Assembly (NCBI GenBank): GCA_051362555.1
Contig: CM120643.1
Coordinates: 23,750,848-23,814,847, forward strand
Direction of reading: 5' to 3'
DNA: 64,000 bases
From: Lingula anatina
Taxonomy: Eukaryota; Animalia; Brachiopoda
Part shown: in pieces, positions 12,171-26,100 of the stretch
Position numbering within the stretch: position 1 is the stretch's first letter
Layout: each line of letters opens with the position of its first letter
Notes under the pieces: generated by a model
What the model was told of the DNA's origin: nothing
Seen by the model: only the letters and a program-made list of their open reading frames with translations
Databases searched by the model: none
Position numbers and translations under genes: made by a program

Positions 12171-15100
12171 AGTACTACAAGGCAATTATGATTTCTTGCT
12201 CAGTTTTATAAAACACCATCGAAAGTGATCTGATACTAAATGTATAATGAAATACATAAACAATATTTACGAATGCTAAAAAAAAATGAATATATTAGTA
12301 GTTTCATAGAAGTAACTTCTTTAAAGGTTTTGTCGGGGGAGTGAATGGGAAGGGGTTGTTATAACTTTCAAGAAAATGTCTAAGCAGCCACTGCCCTGAT
12401 CTGTTGGTATAAAATTGAAAAAAAAAATTACAAAATGACAACAACATCATGTTTTAAAATTTACAAACAATTTTTATATGCGACAATTCGTAATATATTG
12501 CCTCATTTGTATTCTGATCTGAATAAATACAGGTTCCCTTTTTTTACCACGTTTTATTTTTATTCACATTTGTTAAACACGATTTTAAGGATAGCAATGT
12601 TAGTGTTCTGTAAGAACGGATCTTGCATACATACATATGTGTACCTCATATACACACGGTTACTTATACTAAAAACTGCTTTACGCGCCTTTGAATTATA
12701 TTATCTTTTAATAAATATATGCCATCGACGTGGAGATCAAGGATTGGGGACATTTGTGAAAACAGGCAAAATGAGTTGTGGTATCAGTATCGGTGTTTTG
12801 TGTCTGTGCAATTCAAGTTTTTGTGGGTTATCGCTTGACGTGATTAAATAAGCCCCTCCCCCCCGCCCCCCTTCCCCCCCCCCCCCCCCCGGTGCACGCC
12901 GCATTCCCGCTGTTCGATGCCTGTTTTGCTTTATACCATGTATTAGTAGTATATAAAGAGACCCTTACAATATAAGTTACATTGCAGTTAATTAAGAAAT
13001 ATAAAGTATGACATTTTAGTCGTTCAAGTCAATAGAAATAAAAATATATAAATATATTTGTTATGTCCTGGACTAATTTAATTTCATATTATTCTTCATT
13101 TACTGCAATGTTTCGGTTCAAATGTATCATTTGAAACTACCATAGGGTTCAACAATAAAATCCAACACGATACCCATACTCGTATACGAAACGGGGGGAG
13201 GGGGGGGGACTAAAAAAACACACACAATGTGATGAGATTCAAATACTTTAGCCATGCACAATACTTCAATTCCTTGCATGTCAGATCTCGATGTGATCAA
13301 TTGGATCAATGAGAACATGCAACATGCAACTGAAATGGCTTAGGCCTACTTACCGCACGGAAAAATAAATTAAAATGGTTATGGCAATAGGCACGACATT
13401 ACTAATACAGTTTTTAAAAACCATGGCTATCGTGCCCTACTTCTCCTAACGTGGCGTGCCTTATAATGGCGTCATTTATAATGTCGGTAAATAATTTTGA
13501 TGGGGGAAAGTGACAGCCGTGTTTTTGGTTTTAGATTGTAGGATGTGTAAAGGGGTATGCAGGAAGGTGTATCATTGGTCGCTTTATTTGGTGGTTTCAG
13601 TATCATTCTCTGATCAGACTTCTTTAAAATTTTCAAGCGTGAGGGCCGAAGAGCGGTTAGTGCACTGGACTCTTTAGTGGTGTCACACAGGTTACTCGTA
13701 AACGTTGTTGTCAAACTTGGAGAATATTAATTTTTTTTCTGCTTGTGGTTTTATTACACAAAAGTGCAATTACAATCCTAACCTCTCAATAAGTTCTGTA
13801 TGTTGCGCTCCGTCAAACATTTTGTCTAAATGTCCAGTCTGCGCGTGGGTGTATTTATCTAAATTCACTATCATGACTGATGTTTAGCGGCACGAATGGC
13901 TAATGTGATAGGAATCAGGGGAGGATCCAGAGTTATTTTCCGACAGTCTTCCAAATAAGGCCTATCTTTGTTGATCCATCCTCCATTTTTGACCGTCTTT
14001 CGACAGATAAAAATAGATAGCTGTCAAAGTAAACTTTAAAATCTGACCGTCTTCCAGAAGATTCAGAAGACGGTTTCAATCCGCCACATTAAGGGAATGG
14101 TAGTCAAAAGAATGGAAGTTTTGCGCCCAATGTGATAAACAGAGGTTAAGTTTTAGCTAAAAGGTTAGTACAGGTTAGTATATGAGACAAATCTTCACCT
14201 GTGTCAAGCAATGGGAAACAGGCCACAACGACAGCACCGGCAACGCCGCCAGCCTACCGTTTGACAAGTCGTAAACATGTGAGTATTTGGATGTAGTTAT
14301 TATGTTTAAGGAATATATTCAAGTAATATGACTATTATCTATTGATTTTAATTCTTACATCATGCAAAGTATGATGGTTTTCATTAAAAAATTATAGATG
14401 TTATAAGTCTTCTAAAATACGTCAAATTTCAGTTTATTAACTGTTTTAATAGAAAAAGAAAGGTTTTAAAAACAGATTTTTTAAATCACGATTTACTGAA
14501 TGAATTGAATCTTTTTACATATGGAATGCATGTCGCAAACTAATATAAATATAGTACGCTTAATTCAAGCGTGGGCCCGAAATAGGACATAACGCTTTCA
14601 ACTTATTTAGCGCAAAACGCAAATCAAAGATCCCACGGTTCGTGTCAGCTTCACTTAAGGTCGCACAAAGAAACATGTTCTAGTTGAATTCCCCAGCTTT
14701 CAAGTCTCCTAAATCACGTCCATCTTCTCTGTGCTCTAAAGCTTTCTCTCCTTATATCCCCTTTACTAAGTATCAGAGACGCGTTAGATACACATCTTGA
14801 TTGCAAAGTTATTTGCTTTACATCGGTGTTGTACAAAGAAGCCGCCATGTTACTCAACTATTGGACGACAATATGTTACGTAATATGGCCTCATAAATAT
14901 CTTTATGATATTTATCTTGGACACGACAAGAAGTATAATCCTCTGGTGATAATCAGTAATTTGATAAAAGTTTTATCTTTGGAAAAGTGCAACCTGATGT
15001 TGATCTATATATTGATTAGCAGACCAATTATTGCCATGTCCGGTAGCTTGTTATTACTCAGTGACCTATATAGTGATGTACCTGTACCTGCAGGTCAATT

Positions 15101-15183
15101 GGCAGCTATAGTGTATAAGGAGTGGACGCACATGACCCCCCCCCCCACTTGCATGAGGGCTTTGATTATACCTAAAATAAGAT

Positions 15184-15331
15184 CATCATCATTATCATCA
15201 TTTAGAGCCTATCGTGTTCCACTGTTGGACAAAGGCCTCAGCATGCTTTTTCCATTGTTTCCTATCCTGAGCCTCAGATTTCCAGTTTGGCCAAGGTTTC
15301 TTCTTCCAAGACTTCCAGTAGTCATCTAATT
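15184..15331 (-). mobile_element. 5'-truncated RTE-clade LINE 3' end with (GAT)n tail
   Basis: Minus-strand WKSEAQDRKQWKKHAEAFVQQWNTIGSK* followed by a GAT tail; flanked by direct repeat TAAAATAAGAT (15173-15183 and 15332-15342). Confidence 0.75.
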
Positions 15332-16545
15332 TAAAATAAGATGAAGGGATCGATAAGTAAACTAAGATACCGGGGGATGGGGCGGGGGGGGGGGGGGTGC
15401 AAATAATACGGTATGGGGGGATGAATAATACCGTACTGGTAGAAATAATGCAATGGATTTAATTTTCTATTTGAAAAATTAAACATACTCCACAAAAAGT
15501 CTAATTAATAATAATAATAATAATAATAATAGTAATAATGAGTAAAGGAATGTTTTCACATTTATAGGCTCTCTAACTACTACAGTGAAAGACAATGGAA
15601 TACAATATAAGAGTACAATATATGTTAAATAAAAGGAAACATGTATACACGTATAAGACTCCTAAAAATACTTATTTGACATTAAGAGTATGTTAAGAGG
15701 TTTGCGTTTTAACATTGCCTTTTCCATAAATTTTACTAAGGCAGTCACAGTGATTTTCTCTACCTGTAATGCTTGCTGCATTCAAGAAAGAGGCTCATCT
15801 CATCTTCAACTCTGTCAGAGTTTGGATATTTTTTGTATGACAAGGTGTTTTGTATTTCATGCATCTTATTATATATATTATATTATATGTATTTCATTTC
15901 ACGTTGTTTCAGTATTTTGAGGTAAAAGCACCGATGTCGGCTTTGGAATTTTTTTCAAGCACAGAGACAGCTTTCAAAATGATAATTATAAAGCTGGGTT
16001 AAAACATCACAAATGGATGAATATCAGCAAATCTCTCAAACGACGCCTGACATTTTGCAATGGACTGTTCACTTCAAAAGGCGAAAACTTACAAGCGCAA
16101 AATTTCGTCAACCACTTCCACCCATCTATAACCCAGATACTTCTCCTCTTAACCAGCGGGGTAATATGCGTGACGATCTCTTGGTTAGATAGGAAGACAC
16201 ACTTGAGCCGTTTAACATATATCTCTTCAATCTAAAAAGGACTGAAAAGGGCGAAAAAAGGGCCAAAAATGCGAAAAAAGGCATTACGTAGCGGGCAGTA
16301 TTACTACATGTGTTCGAACAGAAAGTTGCATGCATGGTTCCGTACTATATTAGATTCGTTTTTGATCATCATTAATACACAATTGCAAAAAGTTAAAAAT
16401 GCAGTCCCCCTTTCCCCTCCCCCACCTTGAGTCGCCCCCTCTGAACCAGTTATTGGTGCTGCAGACGCCGGTGATGACTGACCCAGTGCCATCTTAATCA
16501 TATCTAAATTATTCTTCAGTTTCAAGTAGGTGGAAAAAGAAGAAA

Positions 16546-19500
16546 ATGGTGTACTATGGATGGAAGACCATCGCTGCTGTAATTCCTGTGACCCTATTTT
16601 TCGCTGGTTGTGCGTCCTGGCCAGAGTTTGTTGCTGTGCTAAGTCGGCAGGACTCTGAACTTAAATCATCGGTGACAGCGTTAGGTAGGTGTGTAGAAAG
16701 AGGACAAGTGTTTACGAGCACCTCTCTCTCTCTCTCTCTCTCTGCGGCGCTCAAAGGTATTTAAATCAATGGGATGATTGCTTTAGTGGCAGTGCATGGT
16801 TGTTTTGTTGCCTAAGGGTACTGTAAGAGTTTTTGATCGTCCAGATACCGATAATGTGTTTTTCCCTTTTTCCCCACATCAAGTTATTCAATAATGGATC
16901 TACCTTTGTGCTGATTAAAAACAAAAATATTCTCTCGAAAACATAAAATTTCGACGTTTTTATTTTTCGTTGCTAAGCATAAGCATGGGCACCTCAAAGC
17001 GTTTACCGTCAATTTAACATCTAATTTGAGGTGAGATAACAATCGGTATGGGGCGGAAGTCTATCCCTGAACGAGAACTTGTCGCGGAAAATTTGGCATA
17101 GGTGACGACAAGTGTGTGGTTAGTCAATCTTGTGCCATCATTTTGGTTGAAGTGTTTTTGTCATGGAGTTATGGGCCCCTAATTACAATACATCATTGAA
17201 CAAAGGGTTTATTTTGACATATACCAGGTAAATGATAAAATCTTAACTAAAACTTTTAAGAAAAATCACTGGCAGGCTTAAGTGATGTTATTATATTGGC
17301 GATGAAACAGTGTCCGTGGGTGCTGAAGTCAAGGAAAAATTTGAGAATCTGATGTTGAATTTTTTAGCCCCAAATCGCACTTATGACGTCATTGGTATAA
17401 TGTCATTTGTGTAAATGCTGAGGAATTTAGTCAACGAACACTGAAAATTTTTCTGTTATCAGGAAAATGTATAAGGCAGTAAATACACTGTATAAGGTTT
17501 TTTTTGCTAACCCTGACAGTAACCTTAACTTATTTATATTTTATTTATTTATCTATGTTAATTTTTTAAGCAAGAAGTGTCTTACTATTGGAATGGTGCA
17601 TTTTGTATTCTTTCTGTGTTGCAGCCATATTCGGTGTGTAAATACTTAATATCTGAACTCACGGGCTGTGGTCCTAGGAGATGAAACATATTTTAATGTA
17701 TTTCATGTACAATGTGCGTTTACACTTTATTTAATAAAGTCTCTTCAGTGTCTATTAGCGGATTAGACGGCAAGCTTTGGAAGAGGGTTACCATATTTGA
17801 CCCTCGGACAAGTTAGTCCCCAATTCAGAATGGGGCCTTTGTTTACATATTCAGTCGTTCATGGCATTATTTTCAGGTTTCGTAGAATCTGTGTACGTGT
17901 TCTTTGTGTTCGTACCAAGTCCGTTTGCAAAGATGGTATGGCAAGTTCTTGGCATCAAGTCGACGTTCCTGACTGGAGTAGCAATATCTCTCCTAGGTCT
18001 GGCTATAAGCTCTATTGCTCCGAGCGTTACATTTCTAACGCTATCACGGGGAATGCTGGTTGGTTTTGGAGCATGTCTAGCTTTGACACCAATCACGTTT
18101 CTTTTAGCAGATTGGTTTCCATGGGAACATCGTTTTCACGTGTTGGCAACTAGCGTTCGGTACTTGGTTAACCCTCTAGGTAAGTATTGTGACTTCATAT
18201 GCTATTGCATATCTAGCATACTGTTAATTATCAATACTTATGTCGAAAATGTTATCAAAACAGGTTAAATCAAGTGTAAATAATAGTGTAAATAGTTGTA
18301 TTAAATCTTTTATACGACTGTGACTTTAACTCAAACATATTTAAACAGACGGCAGTTAACAATCGTAAAACCTTCTGTTAAAACTCCCATTGACCATTTT
18401 GCGATATTAATGTATTCGAAATGAAAAAGAAGGGATCCAATTAATGAAATCAAATAATAAACAATAAATAAAGACTCATCGATACATCTGGGCATCCATA
18501 GCCAAAAGATCCGAATGCTTTGTCTTTACATTTTCAGGAAGCGTGGTTTTTGTGAACATTTTCAGGTGGATAAATGATTCCTTTGGCTGGAGATATAACT
18601 TCTTATTTCTCATCACCTACGGGTCGTGTACATGTGGAATCCTTGTGCCTATTTTACGCCACCCTAAGCCCTGCGAATCGCAGAACACAAAGCCTAAGAA
18701 AACCCAATGTAGTGATGCATCGTGGAGCGTGATGTCTAAAACTGTCATCGTAGTTCTGTGGATGTGGATTTCCTTTGGCAAAGCATTGGGCCTGACCGCC
18801 TTCTACACTATCATGGTAAGTGACGACTACACTCCGCAAGTGTGTGCTTTAGTCCGTGGACCGCCCTCATTCACATAAACTACTGCTGAAGAATTCTGTT
18901 TGCCGATTTGCTTCCATTTAGGCCTATTCCTCATTCAGTGCATAAAATTTTGGTGTGTGATTGAACGATTTTTTTTATAAAGTTAAAAAATATAAAAGAA
19001 CAGGAGTACGTTAATGTATCTTTTATTTGGCTAAAGTCACTTAAGGCCGTACCACAACTGTATAAATATATTTAGAGTTTGGCACTAAGAAAAAGAGGAA
19101 ATATCTGTAATAGGACTTAAATAAATTCTCTCTCTCTCTCTCTCAACAGTGTTTGAACGTAACCAATTTACCATGTCCTTGTGTTTACGTAGGTTAAGTA
19201 TGGCGAGGACATGGGCTATGATTCCCTTACAGCCACCCACCCTCTCACGGCAGAAGGAATAACCGCGTGCCTATCACGTGCTATTACGTCATTCTTCGGG
19301 GACCACATCAAGGGGTACTTTCTGCACATGTATGTCGTCTGCACAGCACTGCTATCGTTAGCTCATCTGCTTTTACCATTTGCCAAAGTTCCAGTCGCTG
19401 TGATTATGTTTGGAGCAGGTATGATAACCAGGATCCTTACGAATTAATTTATTTTCTCTTCCTGTAACCATGAAGAGGTTGAGGCAGGTTTGGCCCGCGA

Positions 19501-20742
19501 TCTATGTTCTTTACATGTACCAGGGTCACAGCCAAAATTTTTGAGAAGACCAGATATTCAAAGAAAATATTGTTTCGCTGGTGATATACTAGCTAGCACT
19601 ATTCTGCCACAGTTCCCAGTGATATTTGAGTCTATTTTTTAGTTGAGCAGGGGCATGCCGGGGGGAACGGTTTTTAAAACCACAGTTTTAGCTAATTAAA
19701 AATTTACGTCATTGAGATTTTGTCTGTGTACTGAAGCTCATAAAAACGTGCTCGGGAATTTGGTATTATGGAATGGATTATTGTGGGCACTCAACACACA
19801 CATCAACACACACACTCGCAAACACACACACAAATGTAGACACAAACACACACAAACACACAAAAGTCACGAACGTGCGCACACACGCACACAAACACAC
19901 ACACACGTCCAGGATAATTTCCCATAACTAAAACATTAGGTTATAATCTACAGTTGTAGGTGCTGGTCAGGGGCCTATTGTAGCCGGTTGGTACGCTGCA
20001 TGCAATGAAGTCCTCGGCGGTGACAGTGTCCACACGTTCTTTATATTGCTTCTCGTCAGCTGGGGCCTTGGGCGTACCACGGGGAGTCTGTTACCTGGTA
20101 ATGCATTGACATTTACACCGTTATTCTGGAATAAGTCTGTATAAAACGCCCTTTGATATATGTCTGACCATTAAGTTCAAGTTCTTCCCTTCTGTATTTG
20201 TACACCGTGCTCACGATACAAAATGCGACACAAACTACTTAAAATCTTTTTTACTACTACTCTTGAAGAATACCAACTCGAATGTAACCTAATTTCTATA
20301 CCATATATAAATATATATTTAAGTTATTTCATAAAACGATACTCCTTATTATTCGATATTTTATCATTATGTAGCATGAATTAAAACACCTGCCATTACT
20401 TTATTTCTAGGGCTCATAGTGGATTTTCATCAAGAGTACTCTCTGCTATTTTTCATCTTGGGGACATCGTACGGTTCTATGGCAGTAAGTCTTCTCGTAA
20501 TCATAGAACTCAATCGCCGACATATGTCAAACCAAAAATCAAGCAATTTTTTCACCCAACCAGAAAAAAGGGTGTCGCCACCAGATAAATGTACATTAGA
20601 TAAGAACAAACATTTGAGTGAAGTTGAAAGTGTTCTGATGCAGGTTAAGCATGATCACTCTAATTTGGAAAGGAAGCCGCTGGCTGTTTCAACACCGCAT
20701 ATACACTATACATATGAAGAAATCCAACCGAAGAGAAACTGA
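16546..20742 (+). CDS. MFS transporter, monocarboxylate transporter (SLC16)-like, divergent
   Basis: Exons 16546-16684, 17877-18179, 18538-18815, 19193-19418, 19954-20097, 20411-20742 splice in frame. N-terminal YGW, many hydrophobic helices, GMLVGFG, DSFGWR, GLIVD motifs. Confidence 0.8.
16816..17524. mobile_element. Putative non-autonomous DNA transposon (Kolobok-like, TTAA-type target)
   Basis: Termini GGGTACTGT and ACAGTAACC are inverted; flanked by CTAA and TTAA; in intron 1 of the transporter. Confidence 0.4.
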
Positions 20743-21323
20743 ATCATGCAGCTATATTTCATGTTACACTCTGTTTTAACTGATTCATCCTATCAATAAA
20801 TATTTATGACAAATTGGGAAATTTCTTTTTCTTTTCTAAGTGTCACTATCGATTTAGGATGCTGCAATTATTCAGTAACATTGAAAAAGTGTGTGTTCGC
20901 AAGTTGATGGTGACAGGTTCTTAATAGCGTTGACATCGAACGCAGTGCGCAGATGGATGCACGCCCTTGAAGAGGATGCGTTTACGACATGCGTTTCCAA
21001 GTTCTAGCTTAGCTGTAGAAACGTGTACTGTATGCTGGTGTAACAGGAATGAAAGTCTGGGCTTCCATGTGATAAATACAGGTTTTGGTTAGTTGGAGTA
21101 TTGGTGTTATTAATGGGACGAATGCCATCTGTATGCCGACAATCCCTATACTGTAAATGCCCTTGAAGGTACTCACATGGCCAGAACAAGGCTTCATGAC
21201 CTGCCGGAAATAGGGTACAGGCTGTCCTCAATTGACAATATAAAGTGCTACACTGTAATTAATTTTAAATGGTATAATTTTAATTAAAATACCTTGCCGG
21301 GTTTTATTTTGGAAACGACTAAA

Positions 21324-21566
21324 GGGCCATTCAGTATATCCGAGTATCAACTTGTCAAAGGCTCAAATATGGCGGACCCTACATGAAAGGAAGACCGCTT
21401 AATCCTATAATGGTATCTCCGCCTCTAACACGCCCCCCACGCGTCTGGTTGAATGGAGCCGAGATTTAATTACTGTGCCCCAGCAGGGACGACGCGTGGG
21501 GAGGCGTGTAAGAGGCGGAGAGACTTGGACCAGTTGATACTCAGATCTTCTATTCTGAATGGTCCC
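21324..21566. mobile_element. MITE, same family as 46154-46466
   Basis: Ends GGGCCATTCAG and CTGAATGGTCCC; internal CTACATGAAAGGAAGACCGCT and GAGCCGAGATTTAATTACTGTGCCCC shared with the 46.2 kb copy. Confidence 0.75.
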
Positions 21567-21589
21567 TACTATGTGCATGTAGATTCTTA

Positions 21590-21804
21590 GGGCGTATTCC
21601 CATAGATTTTAGATCGATCTATCCCCGTGGGGAGTCTCACTAGATTACTGTCAGATATTCCGGCTTAAATGTCCGTCCCACCTACAACAAGCCGTAAGGG
21701 GGTAATTAACTTTCGAGCCCGCTCTGCTGACAGCTATTTAGCGTGAACCCCCAGGGAGTTAGGTCGATCTAGTTTGGATCGATCTAATCTCTGGGAATGG
21801 GGTC
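21590..21804. mobile_element. Tourist/Harbinger-like MITE
   Basis: Imperfect TIRs (ATTCCCATAGATTTTAGATCGATC vs GATCGATCTAATCTCTGGGAAT); TTA TSD at 21587-21589 and 21805-21807. Confidence 0.65.
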
Positions 21805-22061
21805 TTACACGATGCCTAATTGGTCCTGATATAAAAATTGTTACAGCACGCTGTCTTGAAAGCTATGAAAAATTCAGTCAATCAATATGCGGGTCTTTGC
21901 GGATGCATTAAATCCTTGATTATTGAAGCTTTATGGCTGCTGATGGTGGTGTTGTCACATTAAACCAAGGTGTCAGCTACGTTATACAAACGAGAAAAGG
22001 TCGTGGTTCAGGCGGCTGAGATTTTATGTATTACGAGTTTTATTTTTAAAAACTGTACCTC

Positions 22062-22101
<40 letters not shown>

Positions 22102-22611
22102 TCGCACACGGACACACGTTAAGCTGATTGGACTCAGCGAGAGTCCCCGCAGAGTTTGGCCGATCCACGTAGACCGATTGTGTATATGGCAATCGGGTGT
22201 ATCGCACATATAAATACACATACATACGCGTTCACATGGACATAAATTCACACTCGTGTATATGTGGTATGACCTATCCGTGTGATACGGGTAATAATCA
22301 CAATTTGCTGTAATAAGTAAACAGATGACTGAGACGAAATACTCTCACATGGTAAAAATGACTAATGTCTCTTTAGATGTGCTTTATTATACTACTCGTG
22401 GCCTGCCATATGAGAGTTCACAACACTGAGAGGCGTAATATAAATGAAATTAACTCTGGGTAACAGGAAGTCGTAAAACTCATGGCGTGAAAAGTTAACA
22501 GATCTGATAAATACTAATTGAGTAAAAGATGTATTTAATGCATTTAAGTTTTTTAGGATAACATTTGGATTATTTAAGATCTTGTTCCACTCGGTTGATT
22601 GGGAATTAATT

Positions 22612-22643
<32 letters not shown>

Positions 22644-23149
22644 GGAGGGGGGTGGGGGGGGTGGGGGGGTTGAAGACTGCATTACAAGATACTGAGACAG
22701 GCAAGCAGCAGGGTTCACAGAGTTAGAAATAATACAACGCATATAGATCAATGATGATCATTCATAATTTGAACATTAATTTTCCATACCAATATTTAGC
22801 GCCCGCACTAGCTGGTAACCCAATCGCCACCAATGATCATATTGTGTGACATTGTTAAGCGTTAATACTCTATTTGCCAGCGAATGTGTTGTGATCACCT
22901 GTCTGATCTCGTAGACAGAAATGAACATGTGTCCTAGGTTGTAATGCCACCGAGATCCTTGATTGATTAATCCACTTCCAGCCCTCGCGTCAAGATCACT
23001 TCACATTAACCAATGCCACTCCACTCTGGGAACGGCGTCCATGCGGGGGAATAGACTTTGTTTTATTTTCTAATCGCGTTAGCAATAAAAAGGACTGCAT
23101 CACCAATGACAGAATCAAAACGTCAGGGAGTCTTATTACGATCAGTGTC

Positions 23150-26100
23150 ATGCGAGGGTGCCGGATTGTCCCGTTGTTACTGTTGCTGTTTCTTGCTGAG
23201 GGCCAGGGTTCGAAGAAGTCTTACAATGGGTACGTAATAATTGGCATCGGGAAATCTTTTTGTTCTTAATCGATTGCAAATTGTAAAAACGGGATTATCA
23301 TTGTTGGTGTTATTTGGTTATGTCGATGTAAGTGAAGGAAAAGACAATTTTCTAATATGTCATTTCTGTGCCTTTACTAGGTCTCACAAGATAGCATTTC
23401 GGTCTGTTTCCTATTGTGTGCCTGTTAAACCAATTTTATACCGGGCTTCCGACCTCTTACAGAAAGTTCCCTTGCCTAACGCCCCCCCCCCCTCTTCAAA
23501 AGGGGGCTATGTTTATATTTGATAGTCAGCATCAAGTTCATACATCTGTGTTAATGAAATTAAACATTAAACATTTCAACACTTTTTTGTTACATGTTTG
23601 TGAAAATGGACAAAATGCGTTCTCTAAGTAAACAGTCACAAGCCCGTTGCATCATCGGCTCAAGGCTTGATTGTCCACTAATTAACGCACAGGTTGTCGG
23701 GTAAACTACATGATTTTGTTTTTTGTAATCAGGGTTGCCATAGCTACCCAAGCAATTACATAACGTCATCACCGTCAACAAGGCAGATTGTCGTCGAAAT
23801 GACGTCGTGCGGCAACAGCCATAATCATATTATGTGCAGATATAAAAATTTAAATATGCATTTTCTACTTACTTTTTCTTTTTTTGAGGAAGGGGTAGGG
23901 CGCATGTGTATACTCGCATATATTTGTCCGTCACTTTGTCTCTTTGTGTGGATATTCCTTACAAATGAATAAATGTGTCTACTTTCATGTTCGATTGGGC
24001 GTGGCGCAAGTTGGGTTTCAGAAAAAAATTGGAATCCAGTACTCTTATTTCCTTTCAGTCAATATTTGTACTATTGTTGACATGTTATGGAAATTATGTT
24101 GAACCAAAGTCACTTTGGAAAGAAGAATGATATGAGAGCAATGATATTTGCGTTATAGCATTAGTGTGGTGCATTATGGCATCCAAAGAGTAGGCCTACA
24201 TATGGATAATACATTCCATTATGGAGCTCTATGTGTGTAGTTCAAAGGGTTGGCATTTTAGAGAGAGAGAGAGAGATTCAATACACACGAAAACAAATTG
24301 ATAACGATGAAAAATAGCGGAGATGGCAGCCCTACCTTTTCCTTTTTATAAAAGAACATAAATTCAGGCATCGTAAAATGACTTATTTTATTCTTAATGT
24401 CACAAATATCTCACATTGTCAATTTATTTTACTTTTCTCAGCTATAAAGTGATTTCTGTTATTCCTGAAAATGAAGACCAGATTGAAGATTTCACACAAA
24501 TTGCAAGTGTCAGACGTTTAGAGGTGAGCAAAATTATTTGCCTTTTCCTAACGCACAATGAGCAATAGGCCTTAATTAACATAACCGCCATTTAAATCAC
24601 CTGGTAGTTCCAGCATTTTTTGCTTAAGCTTTAAGATACACATTATCCAAAGCCATTGAAAGAATTGCGAAATATAAGCCCGTTTTTTCTCATTCGGAGG
24701 CAGCCCCGTAATGGAGAATGATGGGGATTGGGGACGTTAATTCGTAATGTCATTTATAGAAATTTAGAAGTCGAAAACTTCTCCACGATATAAACGAGTA
24801 TTAAATGTGTCCCTTTGTTTCCCAGTTGGAGTGAAGTACATGCTGAACTCTTGGGAACACAGAGAGATGAGCTATACTCGTAGCTAGAACTCTCAGTCTG
24901 AGTCTGAAAGATTCTCTTCGTGAGAAGTTTATTTTGTTTGATTTCTTCCGCGATTGAAGAGGGAATTGCATAATACAACACGACATGAAAAACGCCTTCT
25001 AGAAATTTAGAAGACGTGTTGGTATTCCCACCACATTCGTCAAACCTAGTGGTCCATTAAGAAGCCCTTCGATTGAAGGAATAATCGGCAGATGCTATAG
25101 ACATTTATATTACCTTGTGATGCACTATGAACTAATTATCAAACAAAACGCATGTTGCGTTCCATAATCCCAGAATTCAAATCACGAGGGAGTTATCACC
25201 GTTGAATACGATTGGGTAACTTCCGTGTTTTATACTGCGAACACTCTAATGGAACTGATTATTTATTTAGAATGTATTTTCTATCTGAAGTCATAGTAAA
25301 CAGTCCAGCAGCCCAGCCATCCGGAATTCTTACAAAACCCAATGGGAAAGCTGATCAATTAAAGGCAGGGGAGGGTCCAGGATTATTTGAAAGAGGAGGG
25401 GGGGGGGGGATGTGAAGCCGACCCTCCACCCCCCCCCCCCCCCCCCTTTGCATGGGGTTCGGGAACTGGTTAAGGGTCACGAAAATCTTGGTAATTTAGA
25501 GGGCAAACGTTGCTATTTGATACGGTTAAGAACTATGATTCAGCTAGTCAAAATTCTAATTTCAAAAGTGAAGTGAATTTTCAGAAAATGAAGGGGTGTC
25601 AGGACCCCCTTGACAACCCCCCCCCCTAAATCCGCCACTGAAAGGGGCATTGATGAGATATAATAACTGATATGTGACGGTTCTGGTTGACGAGCACAGA
25701 CAGTGACACTGGTATTGTACCATATCCATTATAACATTAAGTCTGATGCCACTGTCCATTTACAATTGAATAAAATGGAAGCGATCGAGCTCATTTATTA
25801 AGATCTAGTAGGCTCTTAGACAAGCTTTATGCTAAAGCCATCCTGTCTGGATTTCGCATATCAAAAATCAATGACTGTGCACTTTTCGTGGTTTTCAGGG
25901 AGCTTAAAGGAATAAAAGCTGTCCGTTTGGCCATAAAACGGATTATCCTGGGTGAACGACGATTTTTCCATACTTACCAATGGCTTATGAAGCCATTCCT
26001 TCATTCAAAGTTAGTCCATTTTTTCTTAAAATTGTTCTTATTTTTGTAATTGTCTCTATATAGATTATTACAGAGGTATAGCCGTCTTTGAAGGTCCACG

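Noticed and set aside
13400-13900. Weak inverted motifs (TCGTGCC/GGCACGA) around ORF-like sequence
   Set aside because: Too short and degenerate; no TSD or transposase motif identified.
12435-16335. Intergenic ORFs of 60-167 aa
   Set aside because: No recognisable domains or splice-consistent structure; one overlaps an RTE fragment in antisense.
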